From the NCBI GenBank assembly GCA_018266895.1, contig JAFDZQ010000072.1, forward strand, positions 3,813 to 67,812: a stretch of 64,000 nucleotides of DNA, given 5' to 3'. The stretch comes from Bacteroidota bacterium (GTDB taxonomy: Bacteria > Bacteroidota > Ignavibacteria > Tepidaquicellales > Tepidaquicellaceae). Positions within the stretch are counted from its first letter, which is position 1, and the number at the start of each line of letters is the position of its first letter. The notes below the pieces were generated by a model, which was not told the origin of the DNA, ran no database searches, and worked only from the letters and a program-made list of their open reading frames with translations. Positions 46,839 to 56,420 of the stretch are shown here, in pieces. A program made the position numbers and the translations under genes.

Positions 46839-47060
46839 ATGGATTTTGCATTTTTAGGAGCCGGAATAGGAGCCGGTTTAACAGTTATCGGAGCAGGGAT
46901 CGGAATCGGAAGACTTGCCGGTTCAGCAATGGAAGCCAGCGGAAGACAGCCTGAAGCTTTAGGCGAGATCAGAACATCTATGATCATTGCAGCAGCGCTT
47001 GTTGAAGGTGTAGCTTTGTTCGGTCTTGTTATCTGCATATTGCTTGCTACAAAAAGCTAA
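46839..47060 (+). CDS. atpE: F0F1 ATP synthase subunit c
   Basis: 73-aa hairpin with the GRQPE loop and a carboxylate in ALVEGVALFGLV. Confidence 0.95.
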   Translation: MDFAFLGAGIGAGLTVIGAGIGIGRLAGSAMEASGRQPEALGEIRTSMIIAAALVEGVALFGLVICILLATKS

Positions 47061-47215
47061 GATAAAATTATACCGTTTTACAGTCTGTCTGATAATTTTT
47101 TCAAACAGATATTCAACTAAACTTTTAAATAAAACAGATAATGATATATTATCTTACATTATTATATAATCATTCACTGATTCTGTTATTCAGCGGCGGT
47201 GCGGAAGAAAAGCCC

Positions 47216-47704
47216 ATGCTTTTATCCGTTAATCCGGGTCTGATAATCTGGCAGCTTCTGATATTTGTCATTCTGCTGTTCATTCTGAAAAAGATCGCTT
47301 GGAAACCACTTCTGTCTTCACTTCATTCAAGGGAACAGTCCATCAAGGATACCATTGACCAGGCGGAAAAACTGCATAAGGATGCTCAGGAATTAATCGA
47401 GCAGAACAAAAAGAATATGGCTGAAGCCAATGCTCATTCAATGAAGATCATTAACGATGCAAAGGATATGGCAGTCAAAGTGAAAGATGACATAATGGTT
47501 AAAGCCCAGGAAGATTCCAGGAAACTCATCGAGCAGGCAAAGTCAGAAATAAAGCAGGAGAAAGAGTCTGCAATGGCTGACCTTAGGAATGAAGTATCAG
47601 ATCTTGCAATAAAATCTGCGGAAAAGATACTAAAAGACAATCTTGATGAGACTAAGCAGAAGAAGATAGTAAATGATTTTATTTCACAGATACCGAACAA
47701 CTAA
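47216..47704 (+). CDS. atpF: F0F1 ATP synthase subunit b
   Basis: MLLSVNPGLIIWQLLIFVILLFILKKIAWKPL followed by a long charged helix. The ORF-track start at 47141 is less consistent with typical b-subunit N-termini. Confidence 0.85.
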   Translation: MLLSVNPGLIIWQLLIFVILLFILKKIAWKPLLSSLHSREQSIKDTIDQAEKLHKDAQELIEQNKKNMAEANAHSMKIINDAKDMAVKVKDDIMVKAQEDSRKLIEQAKSEIKQEKESAMADLRNEVSDLAIKSAEKILKDNLDETKQKKIVNDFISQIPNN

Positions 47705-47735
47705 ACAGCAATTAACTTAAGGCAACAGTCAATTA

Positions 47736-48287
47736 ATGAATTCAAAAGCATCAAGAAGATATACTACTGCTATTTACGAAGCAGCCAAAGATCAGGGAAA
47801 GCTTGAAGAGATAGCAAAAGACTTCAGCTATATAATCGGATTGATAAATTCAAATCACGATCTCGAACTCTTTTTCTCAAGTCCTGTAATTCCGAAAAAT
47901 AAAAAGCTGGAAGTTGTGAAGATCATTCTTACAGGCAGGGTCTCGGAACTTAGCATGACCTTTATGAATCTTCTTCTGGAAAGAAGAAGAGGCGGTCTGA
48001 CACTTGAGATACTGAAAGATTTTATTCAGCTCAAGAAAGAAAAAGAAGGTAAAGCAGATGTTCTTGTAAAAACTTCCGTAGAGCTAAGCGATTCGGAAAA
48101 GGCATCCATGAAATCAAAGATTGACGCTTATACAAAACTGAACTGTCATCTTAGTTTTGAAACAGATAAGACCATTATTGGAGGATTTGTCGCTAAGATT
48201 CATGATACTATTCTTGATGCAAGCATAAAGAGGCAGCTTGAAATTCTTAGAAACAGATTCAGACAGGGTGATTATTCGCTTAATTAA
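47736..48287 (+). CDS. atpH: F0F1 ATP synthase subunit delta (OSCP)
   Basis: ASRRYTTAIYEAA N-terminus and IGGFVAKIHDTILDASIK near the C-terminus. Confidence 0.9.
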   Translation: MNSKASRRYTTAIYEAAKDQGKLEEIAKDFSYIIGLINSNHDLELFFSSPVIPKNKKLEVVKIILTGRVSELSMTFMNLLLERRRGGLTLEILKDFIQLKKEKEGKADVLVKTSVELSDSEKASMKSKIDAYTKLNCHLSFETDKTIIGGFVAKIHDTILDASIKRQLEILRNRFRQGDYSLN

Positions 48288-48340
48288 GTTCAGTTACAAA
48301 AAAAATTAATTCAAAAATTTAAAAAGAAAAAACAAACAAT

Positions 48341-49861
48341 ATGGCTGAGGTAAAATCTGACGAAATTTCCGCGATACTCAGAAAACAGTTATCGGGATTT
48401 GAAACAGAAGTTGATATCTATGATGTAGGAACGGTTCTCTATGTAGGAGACGGAGTAGCACGTGTTTACGGATTATCCAAATGCGAAGCGGGTGAGCTCA
48501 TTGAATTCCCGAACGGTGTTTTCGGAATTGCGCTTAACCTCGAAGAAGATAATGTCGGTTGTATTCTTTTCGGGGAATCTTCACTTGTAAAAGAAGGCGA
48601 CCTTGTAAAAAGAACCGGAAGAATAGCTTCTATGCCTGTAGGCGAAGCCATGCTCGGAAGAGTTATAAATCCTCTGGGACAGCCGATTGACGGAAAAGGT
48701 GAGATACACACTGATAAATTTCTTCCTCTGGAAAGAAAAGCGCTCGGGGTTATTCAGAGACAGCCTGTGAAGGAACCGCTGCAGACAGGTGTTAAAGCTG
48801 TTGATGCCATGATACCGATCGGAAGAGGTCAGAGAGAACTTATAATCGGAGACAGACAGACAGGTAAAACTGCAGTTGCTATCGATACTATAATTAATCA
48901 GAAGGGAAAAGACGTATTCTGTATTTATGTCGCTATCGGTCAGAAAGGTTCTACTGTTGCTCAGGTCGTAAAGAATCTGCAGGATGCTGGAGCGATGGAA
49001 TATTCCACCGTGATCTGTGCGACTGCTTCTGATCCGGCTCCAATGCAGTACATTGCAGCTTTTGCAGGAGCGACTCTCGGCGAATATTTCAGGGATTCCG
49101 GAAGACATGCGCTGGTAATTTACGATGATCTTTCCAAGCAGGCAGCTTCATATAGAGAAGTATCGCTTCTGCTCAGAAGACCTCCGGGAAGAGAAGCTTA
49201 TCCGGGAGACGTTTTCTATCTTCACTCAAGACTTCTTGAAAGAGCGTCAAAACTCTCGGATGAACTCGGCGGCGGAAGCCTTACTGCTTTACCGATTATT
49301 GAAACTCAGGCAGGTGATGTTTCGGCATATATACCTACCAATGTGATCTCAATAACTGACGGACAGATCTATCTTGAACCAAATCTTTTCAACTCAGGAG
49401 TAAGACCCGCAATTAACGTCGGTATCTCCGTTTCAAGGGTCGGCGGTAATGCTCAGATCAAGGCAATGAAAAAGATTGCAGGAACTCTGAGACTTGATCT
49501 TGCCCAGTACAGGGAACTTGAAGCTTTCGCAAAATTCGGTTCTGATCTTGATAAAGCCACAATGCAGCAGTTAAGAAGAGGTGAAAGACTTGTTGAAATT
49601 CTGAAACAGAAGCAGTATTCGCCGATGACAGTCGAAGATCAGGTTCTTATAATTTATGCCGCAACAAAAGGTTACCTTGATGAGATACCGGTAAATCACG
49701 TAAACAGATTTCAGAATGATTTTATTCAGGAAGTTGAAAATATGCATCCTGATATAATAAAGAGTATTGCAGATACAAAGGATCTTACTAAAGAGAATAC
49801 AGAAAAGATGGATTCTGTTCTGAAAGATTTTACGGAAAGATTCAGATCAACTTTAAAATAG
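48341..49861 (+). CDS. atpA: F0F1 ATP synthase subunit alpha
   Basis: Walker A is GDRQTGKT. Length is 506 aa. Confidence 0.97.
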   Translation: MAEVKSDEISAILRKQLSGFETEVDIYDVGTVLYVGDGVARVYGLSKCEAGELIEFPNGVFGIALNLEEDNVGCILFGESSLVKEGDLVKRTGRIASMPVGEAMLGRVINPLGQPIDGKGEIHTDKFLPLERKALGVIQRQPVKEPLQTGVKAVDAMIPIGRGQRELIIGDRQTGKTAVAIDTIINQKGKDVFCIYVAIGQKGSTVAQVVKNLQDAGAMEYSTVICATASDPAPMQYIAAFAGATLGEYFRDSGRHALVIYDDLSKQAASYREVSLLLRRPPGREAYPGDVFYLHSRLLERASKLSDELGGGSLTALPIIETQAGDVSAYIPTNVISITDGQIYLEPNLFNSGVRPAINVGISVSRVGGNAQIKAMKKIAGTLRLDLAQYRELEAFAKFGSDLDKATMQQLRRGERLVEILKQKQYSPMTVEDQVLIIYAATKGYLDEIPVNHVNRFQNDFIQEVENMHPDIIKSIADTKDLTKENTEKMDSVLKDFTERFRSTLK

Positions 49862-49909
49862 AAACGCAGAATTTTACTTTTAACAAAATAATTTTTGTAA
49901 AAATACGAA

Positions 49910-50788
49910 TTGGCAACACTTAAAGAATTAAAAATAAGAATTACCGGTGTTAAGAATACGCAGAAGATCACCAAGGCAATGAAGATGGTTTCTTCCGCTA
50001 AACTAAGACGCGCTCAGGAAAGGATAATTGCTACCCGGCCTTATGCACGAAAGATCAGTCAGTTGCTGGCAGATCTTGTCAGCGCTGCAGGCGAAGGTGT
50101 TGATGATCTTCTTGAATCAAGAGAAGTGAAAACAAAATGCGTGGTTGTTGTATCCGCAGACAGGGGACTTGCCGGATCTTTTAATACAAATATCATCAGG
50201 ACCGGAAATAACTATATCAATTCTCTGGATAAAAATACCAAGGTCATAATTGTCGGTAAGAAGGCAAATGATTCATTAAAGAAAATGAAAATCAATTTGG
50301 TTAAATCTTACACCGGAATTTTCAATGATCTTAATTTAGAACAGTCAAATGAAATCGTGAATTTTATTGTGGACGGATACAAGAAAAAGGAATATGACAG
50401 TGTAGAGATAATTTATAATGAATTTAAGTCAATCGCCAGACAGGTAACGGTAAGGGAACAGTTTCTTCCTCTTAAAAAGGCTGAAAGTAAAAAAGAAAAG
50501 GGCGGTATAGTAAAACAAACTTCAGGTGATTATATTTACGAACCTTCGCAGTATGAAATTATTAAAGAATTAATTCCGAAACAGTTAAGAGTCCAGTTCT
50601 GGAAAGTCCTTCTTGAATCAAATGCTGCTGAACAGGCAGCAAGAATGACAGCAATGGAAACAGCAACAAAGAATGCTTCAGATCTGCTCAAGATTCTTGA
50701 ACTATCATACAATCAGGCAAGACAGGCAGCCATTACGAAGGAAATTCTTGAGATCGTCGGCGGTGCTGAAGCTCTTAAAGATGCCTAG
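49910..50788 (+). CDS. atpG: F0F1 ATP synthase subunit gamma
   Basis: The canonical N-terminus (M)ATLKELKIRITGVKNTQKITKAMKMVS starts on TTG. The C-terminus is ITKEILEIVGGAEAL. Confidence 0.95.
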   Translation: MATLKELKIRITGVKNTQKITKAMKMVSSAKLRRAQERIIATRPYARKISQLLADLVSAAGEGVDDLLESREVKTKCVVVVSADRGLAGSFNTNIIRTGNNYINSLDKNTKVIIVGKKANDSLKKMKINLVKSYTGIFNDLNLEQSNEIVNFIVDGYKKKEYDSVEIIYNEFKSIARQVTVREQFLPLKKAESKKEKGGIVKQTSGDYIYEPSQYEIIKELIPKQLRVQFWKVLLESNAAEQAARMTAMETATKNASDLLKILELSYNQARQAAITKEILEIVGGAEALKDA

Positions 50789-50819
50789 ATTTTTTTTAGG
50801 AATAATTTGATTTGAACTT

Positions 50820-50853
50820 ATCCCGGTCTTATAAAAGTCCGGGATTTTTTTTG
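50820..50853 (+). terminator. intrinsic terminator closing the atp operon
   Basis: Perfect 7-bp stem atcccgg/ccgggat (50820-50826 and 50839-50845), followed by T8. Confidence 0.8.
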
Positions 50854-50891
50854 TTTAAAATCAGAACTACTTTTTACTCGATTCTATTTTC

Positions 50892-51224
50892 TCAGCAATA
50901 ACGTGTTAGTATAAGGAACCAGATCAGAAAAATCATGCAGCTTATAAAAACGCCTGACATGATAGTCAGGATAATCCAGAATGTCCGTTGCCTTTTTATG
51001 TATAAGTAAGGAACAACAATTGAAGAAATAATCAGAGGTACGGGAAAGCCGATAAAAATTATCAGATAAACCCAGTCAGGCGGACTTTTTACACATCCGA
51101 AGACCAATATTGATACCATAAAGTAAGCAAGTGAACTTATTCCTGCGGATAAAATGAGAAGTACAACTCCTATAGAAACTGCAATAAAAAGCCGTTTCCT
51201 GTCATTTGAAATTTTTATTTCCAA
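50892..51224 (-). CDS. small membrane protein (3 TM), hypothetical
   Basis: Hydrophobic 110-aa ORF that overlaps the upstream hydrolase gene by 10 nt. Confidence 0.5.
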   Translation of the reverse strand: MEIKISNDRKRLFIAVSIGVVLLILSAGISSLAYFMVSILVFGCVKSPPDWVYLIIFIGFPVPLIISSIVVPYLYIKRQRTFWIILTIMSGVFISCMIFLIWFLILTRYC

Positions 51225-52000
51225 CCCGAGGAATTAATTAAAATATTTAAAAACTCTGCCGATTTCATTAAGGTCAGTTCGGATGTCTCCCTGTGTGGTG
51301 TGTGCCCTGTGTTTGGTACAATGTATTTAACTGAATAACCGGTTACCTTACGGAAAATTGTATCCGCCTGCTTAATGCTTCCATACTCATCATTTTCTCC
51401 CTGAATAACTAAAACCGGACACAATATTCCCGGAAGCAAGTGTTTTATGTTCCAGTTTCTGAAATCATCAGAGAGCCATTTGTCTGTCCATGTTCTGAAA
51501 ACTGATTCAGCTTTGTCGCCGTGGTATTTTGTTAATTTATTTTTAAGATCTGTAGTATGGTAAAGATCAACAGCTTTTCTGATTCCTTTCAGTGTGATTT
51601 CTTCCACAAAAACATGCGAACCTTCTGCTATCACTCCTGAAATCTTTCCGGGAAATTTTGAAGCAGCTATAAGGGCAATTGTACCTCCGTCGCTGTGTCC
51701 GAAAAGGAAAGCATCTTTAATACCGCAAAGTATCATTAATTTATTCAATGTATCAGCTTCGGTTTCCAGATAATCATTTTTTCTTTTTTCAGATATAAAA
51801 GGATCTGATCTTCCGTAACCCTGCCTGTCATAAACAAGAATATTACACCTTGCAGCTTCTCCGAGAAGTCCCGGGAAATCTCTCCAGAGTTCTGTGCAGC
51901 CCAGAGATTCATGAAGAAAAATAATTGTCGGTCTGTCATTAAAATTGACTTCTCTTGTTACAAATATTTTTACATTATCAATTTCTATGTCAAATTCCAT
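51215..52000 (-). CDS. alpha/beta hydrolase
   Basis: Nucleophile elbow is FGHSDGG, the oxyanion region is IIFLHE, and there is a C-terminal GHTPH. Confidence 0.8.
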   Translation of the reverse strand: MEFDIEIDNVKIFVTREVNFNDRPTIIFLHESLGCTELWRDFPGLLGEAARCNILVYDRQGYGRSDPFISEKRKNDYLETEADTLNKLMILCGIKDAFLFGHSDGGTIALIAASKFPGKISGVIAEGSHVFVEEITLKGIRKAVDLYHTTDLKNKLTKYHGDKAESVFRTWTDKWLSDDFRNWNIKHLLPGILCPVLVIQGENDEYGSIKQADTIFRKVTGYSVKYIVPNTGHTPHRETSELTLMKSAEFLNILINSSGWK

Positions 52001-52017
52001 ATATTAATTTTTTGAAT

Positions 52018-53640
52018 TTAATCCGAGATCAGAAATTTCGGAGCTCTTCGGTGTTTAGTAGCGGATTCATAGGCATAAGCGATCTCAAGAAGAACTGGTT
52101 CGCTCCAGGCTCTTCCGAAGAATGAAATCCCGACCGGAAGTTCGTCTATAAAACCCATCGGAACATTTATGTTCGGATATCCTGCCATTGCAGCAGGCGA
52201 GGAAGTTCCGAACTGAAAGCTGTCACCGTTTATAAGATCTGTCTTCCAGGCAGGACTTCCTGTAGGAGCAACTATCGCATCCAGTTTATGTTCATTCATT
52301 ACTTTGTCTATTCCGTTTTCCCTGCTTTCCTTAAACATCTTTTCTAATGCTTCAAGATATTCTTTGGAATTCAGATCTCCTTTTTCCTGAGCCATTTCCA
52401 GATATTTCTGATTGAAGTATTTCAGTTCAAGAGGATCAGTCTTATTAAATGAAATCAGGTCTTCAATGCTTTTAATGGAAGCATCTGGTCCCAGTGATTT
52501 AAAATATTTATTCAATCCGTCTTTGTATTCATAAAGTAGTATTTGAAAAGAATAATTATCAGGACTTTCTTCTGATATTTTATCTATCTCAACGATCTCA
52601 GCTCCGCGGCTTTTCATAAGTTCTGCAGCCTGATACATCAATGTATCAACTTTGAAATTTATCCCGCTCGGAACTTTGTACATTCCGATCCTCTTACCTT
52701 TTAATCCATCTTCTTTTAAAAACTGAGTGTAATCCGTGTAACTTTTTTTATCTTTATCCAATGTTTTTTCATCAGCAGGATCATCGCCTGTAATTGTTCC
52801 GAGACAAATTGCTGCATCTCTGACAGTTCTGGCCATTGGTCCCGGAGTATCCTGTGTGTAAGAGATCGGTATTACTCCTGAACGGCTTACGAGACCGACA
52901 GTCGGTTTTATCCCGACAATGCAGTTACTGTGAGAAGGACAGACGATAGAACCATCGGTCTCTGTTCCGATGGCAAGCATGGTCAGATTTGCTGAAACTG
53001 CTACAGCAGATCCAGAGCTGGATCCGCAGGGATTCCTGTCAAGAACATAAGGATTTTTAGTCTGACCTCCGGCACCGCTCCAGCCGCTTGTAGACAACTG
53101 TCCGCGGAAATTTGCCCATTCGCTTAAATTCGCTTTCCCTATAATTACGGCTCCGGCTTCTCTTAATTTTTTTGCAATATAGCTGTCCTTTAACGGATAT
53201 GAATTAATCAAAGCTCTCGATCCGCCCGTAGTAGCCATTTTATCGTGAGTGTCAATATTGTCTTTCAATACAACCGGAATTCCGTGAAGCGGTCCTCTTA
53301 TCTGACCATTCCTCATCTCTACATCAAGTTCTTCGGCAATCAGGATCGCATCAGGATTAATCTGAATAATTGAATTAAGTCCGGGGCCGTTTTTATCGAT
53401 CTCACTGATCCTGTCTAAATAAACCTGTACCAATTCTTTAACGGAATAAGCTCCGTTTCTGTATCCCGACTGAATCTGAGATATTCCGGTTTCTGAAAAT
53501 CTGAAATTATCTGCCGGGTTTTCCTGATTATTTCCTGAATTTTTATTACCTGTAACAAGAAAGAAAAGAGGAATCATAAAAATAATTTTTAACTTGTTTA
53601 AAAATAATCTGCCGTCTGACAGGATAGTTTTTTTATTCAT
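52018..53640 (-). CDS. secreted amidase (amidase-signature family)
   Basis: AS motif is GGSRA ... CGSSSGSAVAVSA. A hydrophobic N-terminal segment follows MNKKTIL. Start 53640 is preferred over 53685, which overlaps the ANT(6) gene. Confidence 0.85.
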   Translation of the reverse strand: MNKKTILSDGRLFLNKLKIIFMIPLFFLVTGNKNSGNNQENPADNFRFSETGISQIQSGYRNGAYSVKELVQVYLDRISEIDKNGPGLNSIIQINPDAILIAEELDVEMRNGQIRGPLHGIPVVLKDNIDTHDKMATTGGSRALINSYPLKDSYIAKKLREAGAVIIGKANLSEWANFRGQLSTSGWSGAGGQTKNPYVLDRNPCGSSSGSAVAVSANLTMLAIGTETDGSIVCPSHSNCIVGIKPTVGLVSRSGVIPISYTQDTPGPMARTVRDAAICLGTITGDDPADEKTLDKDKKSYTDYTQFLKEDGLKGKRIGMYKVPSGINFKVDTLMYQAAELMKSRGAEIVEIDKISEESPDNYSFQILLYEYKDGLNKYFKSLGPDASIKSIEDLISFNKTDPLELKYFNQKYLEMAQEKGDLNSKEYLEALEKMFKESRENGIDKVMNEHKLDAIVAPTGSPAWKTDLINGDSFQFGTSSPAAMAGYPNINVPMGFIDELPVGISFFGRAWSEPVLLEIAYAYESATKHRRAPKFLISD

Positions 53641-53662
53641 TTCTGAGCGGTTATTATTTTTA

Positions 53663-54538
53663 TTATTTAATGCGTATGTCTTCATCAGACATTTGGCAAA
53701 CTCTGTTTAAATATTCAATTACTTTTTTGTTTTCACTCTGATCATATTTAAAATGTAATTTAATTGCAGTTCTGCAGGCAAGTTCACTGAAAATATCTGT
53801 CATAATGAATAATGATCTCCATATATTCGCTGATCCGGCATCTGTATATGTGCGAAGTATTTTTTTATACAGTTCAGGTGCAATATAACTTTTCATAAAC
53901 CTTCCGCTTTTTCCTGCATTCACTTTAAAATTCGTTTCAGCTCCTATGAACCATTCAGTCATCTTCATAAACATTTTCCTTACAGGATTTTCAAGTAATT
54001 CCTTTGCGTAAATTACCTCATCTCTTCGCAATGCTTTTGCTACATAAGTGCTGACCCAGAGGAATTCATTGCAGCAGTCAGAAAATTCTTTTTCAGTTGG
54101 ACGTTTTATGTGATAGTCTGAATCACCTGGCTCCGGCATAACCGGAAAGAAGTTATCTTTGTCCATTAAAACTCTTGTAAGACTGTCCCGTTTGTATTTG
54201 TCTTCTCTGTCTGCAATGGGGAATAGTGTAAGGTCAATTCTGTTCCCGTCTTCAAACAGCATTAAATATGAAAAAGAATCACATACTGAATTTTCTTTAC
54301 CGACAGACATTTCATCAGGCATCTGCATTATTATTTTTTTCCCGAAAACATCTGTCCAACGGTGGTCTGTCAAAAATGAATTAAACTCTCTTACAATATA
54401 TACAATGTCAAAATCCTGAAATATGTCGGGTTTGATATCCGGGTTTGCTCTTGACCCATTCAGAAATACAGCTCTTATTCTTTCATCTGATTTCGCAACA
54501 TTCAATATTAATTCGAATATTTCATTCTCTTTTCTCAT
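53663..54538 (-). CDS. aminoglycoside 6-adenylyltransferase family (ANT(6)/AadK-like) nucleotidyltransferase
   Basis: The N-terminus ILNVAKSDERIRAVFLNGSRANPDIKPDIFQDFDIVYIV matches my recollection of the AadK/ANT(6) N-terminal nucleotidyltransferase fold. Length is about 290 aa. Confidence 0.7.
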   Translation of the reverse strand: MRKENEIFELILNVAKSDERIRAVFLNGSRANPDIKPDIFQDFDIVYIVREFNSFLTDHRWTDVFGKKIIMQMPDEMSVGKENSVCDSFSYLMLFEDGNRIDLTLFPIADREDKYKRDSLTRVLMDKDNFFPVMPEPGDSDYHIKRPTEKEFSDCCNEFLWVSTYVAKALRRDEVIYAKELLENPVRKMFMKMTEWFIGAETNFKVNAGKSGRFMKSYIAPELYKKILRTYTDAGSANIWRSLFIMTDIFSELACRTAIKLHFKYDQSENKKVIEYLNRVCQMSDEDIRIK

Positions 54539-54903
54539 TATGCTGATTTATCCGTTTCAATGCAATATGAAGTTATTTCAACAAGCATGTCATCGTTAAA
54601 CCGGTAAATATCACAGGAAGAAATATGTGTCGATTTTTTTTCACTGTCTGTGAAAACTGCTGTTCCTTCTATGACAACAAAGTCCTGATCAATTATTATA
54701 TTTTTTGTGCTGAATTCAGCCTTACACCGATTAAAATATTCAGCAGTCTTATTGCAGAAATCTATAACGCTGTCTTTGCCGTTTAAATATTTGTCTCCGA
54801 CAATATTCCATTTTATATCTTCAGATAAGAACATAAATGAAAATTCAAAATTACCCATTGAAAATTCTTCGCAAATCCGTTTGTTGGATGGATGCCAGTT
54901 CAT
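54538..54903 (-). CDS. SnoaL/NTF2-like small protein
   Basis: 121-aa protein with an alpha+beta cone-like pattern (DIKWNIVGDKYLNGKDSVIDF ... CDIYRFNDDMLVEITSY). Its stop overlaps the ANT(6) start by 1 nt (TAATG). Confidence 0.5.
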   Translation of the reverse strand: MNWHPSNKRICEEFSMGNFEFSFMFLSEDIKWNIVGDKYLNGKDSVIDFCNKTAEYFNRCKAEFSTKNIIIDQDFVVIEGTAVFTDSEKKSTHISSCDIYRFNDDMLVEITSYCIETDKSA

Positions 54904-55142
54904 TTTTAAAATTTACTTAAGTTAACCGTTTTATTCTTTGAAGATTTTTTTGCCACGAATTATAGATTTTACTACAATTGTATTAAAAATACATAATAAA
55001 ATACGTTTCAATCAGTGAAATTTTGGCCATCATTTGATTTCAATCTTGATTCGGTCATTTAAGTTCTTTAAAAAAATATCTATACAGCACTTTATATACA
55101 AATAAAATTTAATATGCTGAATTCAGCTATGTGATTATTTCT

Positions 55143-56237
55143 TCATGTGACTGATACACCTATAAGTTTGCCTATTCCAAAAGTAACCGCAGCAGCTGCA
55201 AGTCCAAAGAACACCTGTCTGAATCCGGAGTAACACACATTTTTTCCGGTAAATAAAGTTATTGCAGCTCCTATCAGAAATAATCCTGCGGCGCTCATTG
55301 AAACGCTTATCGCGATTGCTTTCATACCGTTTGTAAACATGAAAGGTATGACAGGAATAACTGCTCCGATTGAAAACAGAATAAAAGAATATATAGCTGC
55401 TTCAACTGCAGAGCCCTTGAGTTCTTCTGCATTTATTCCAAGTTCTTCCTTTACAAGAATATCATGAGCGTGAGTTTTATCTTTCATAATCTCATCAGAC
55501 ATTTTATAAGCCTGTTCTTCGGGAATACCCTTGGCAATGTAAATCAATGCGAGTTCTTTTGCTTCGCCTTCGGGATTGGTTTCCAGTTCGTCCATTTCAA
55601 TCTGCATCTGATTTTCGTAAAGTTCCTGCGAACTCTTGACGGAGATCCATTCACCCAGCGCCATTGACAATGCTCCTGCTAATAAACCTGCAAGTCCTGC
55701 AAGCAATACTCCTTCCTGCCCCGCAGTTGCACCGGCGATTCCCATTACCAGACTGAAATTCGATACCAGACCGTCATTTCCTCCGAGCACTGCTGCCCTG
55801 ATTGCGTTGCCTCCGACCGATCGGTGTCTGCTTTCAAATTTGGAAAGCTGTATCCCGGTTACTTTTTTTTCTTTTTCAAGGATCGTTCTGAGAATTGTTA
55901 CGTGATTTGATTCCTTTCCCGTCAATTCTTTTTTATTTTTTTGCTTCGCAGTAATGACAGCATTTGAAATGCTTTTCTCGGTATCCATCAGTGCACCCAG
56001 AACATAGTCATAGCCGAATATTCTACCGATATTATTCAGTGTCTTTGCTCTCCAGGAAGGTTTCATTAAATTCTCAGAACTTAAATTCTCTTTCTTTGCA
56101 AATGCCTGCGCGTGATCACTTTCTATTTCGCTCATTTGTCTGTATACATTTGCTATTGTCGGATCACTTTCCTGTGCGGCAAGTTTTCCGTACAGATAGC
56201 TTGCGTCAATTTCCGTTTGTATGTTTTTATTTTTCAT
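55143..56237 (-). CDS. VIT1/CCC1-family iron/manganese transporter fused to an N-terminal ferritin-like (rubrerythrin-type) domain
   Basis: N-terminal E..H pairs (MSEIESDHAQ). The C-terminal VIT1 region has GGNDGLVSNFSLVMG, GEWISV and five TM helices. Confidence 0.75.
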   Translation of the reverse strand: MKNKNIQTEIDASYLYGKLAAQESDPTIANVYRQMSEIESDHAQAFAKKENLSSENLMKPSWRAKTLNNIGRIFGYDYVLGALMDTEKSISNAVITAKQKNKKELTGKESNHVTILRTILEKEKKVTGIQLSKFESRHRSVGGNAIRAAVLGGNDGLVSNFSLVMGIAGATAGQEGVLLAGLAGLLAGALSMALGEWISVKSSQELYENQMQIEMDELETNPEGEAKELALIYIAKGIPEEQAYKMSDEIMKDKTHAHDILVKEELGINAEELKGSAVEAAIYSFILFSIGAVIPVIPFMFTNGMKAIAISVSMSAAGLFLIGAAITLFTGKNVCYSGFRQVFFGLAAAAVTFGIGKLIGVSVT

Positions 56238-56420
56238 AAAAATATTTTTTAAGATATGTAAATATATAAATTGATTTAGAGTTTATAAGATAAAACAAAA
56301 GGATCAAAAAATTTTCAGGACGTTTTCTGCAAGACTTAAAATGACACGTCAATTATTTTTTAATAAAAAATATTGAATGTATATCTGATTCCTTTTGCTT
56401 TATTTTAAAAATCATCAGGT

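Noticed and set aside
45041-50788. Possibility that the atp operon is a Na+-translocating N-ATPase, because it has two small accessory genes upstream of atpB.
   Set aside because: N-ATPase operons begin with atpD-atpC and lack the delta subunit. This operon has atpH (OSCP) and lacks atpD/atpC. The c subunit also shows no Na+-ligand pattern.
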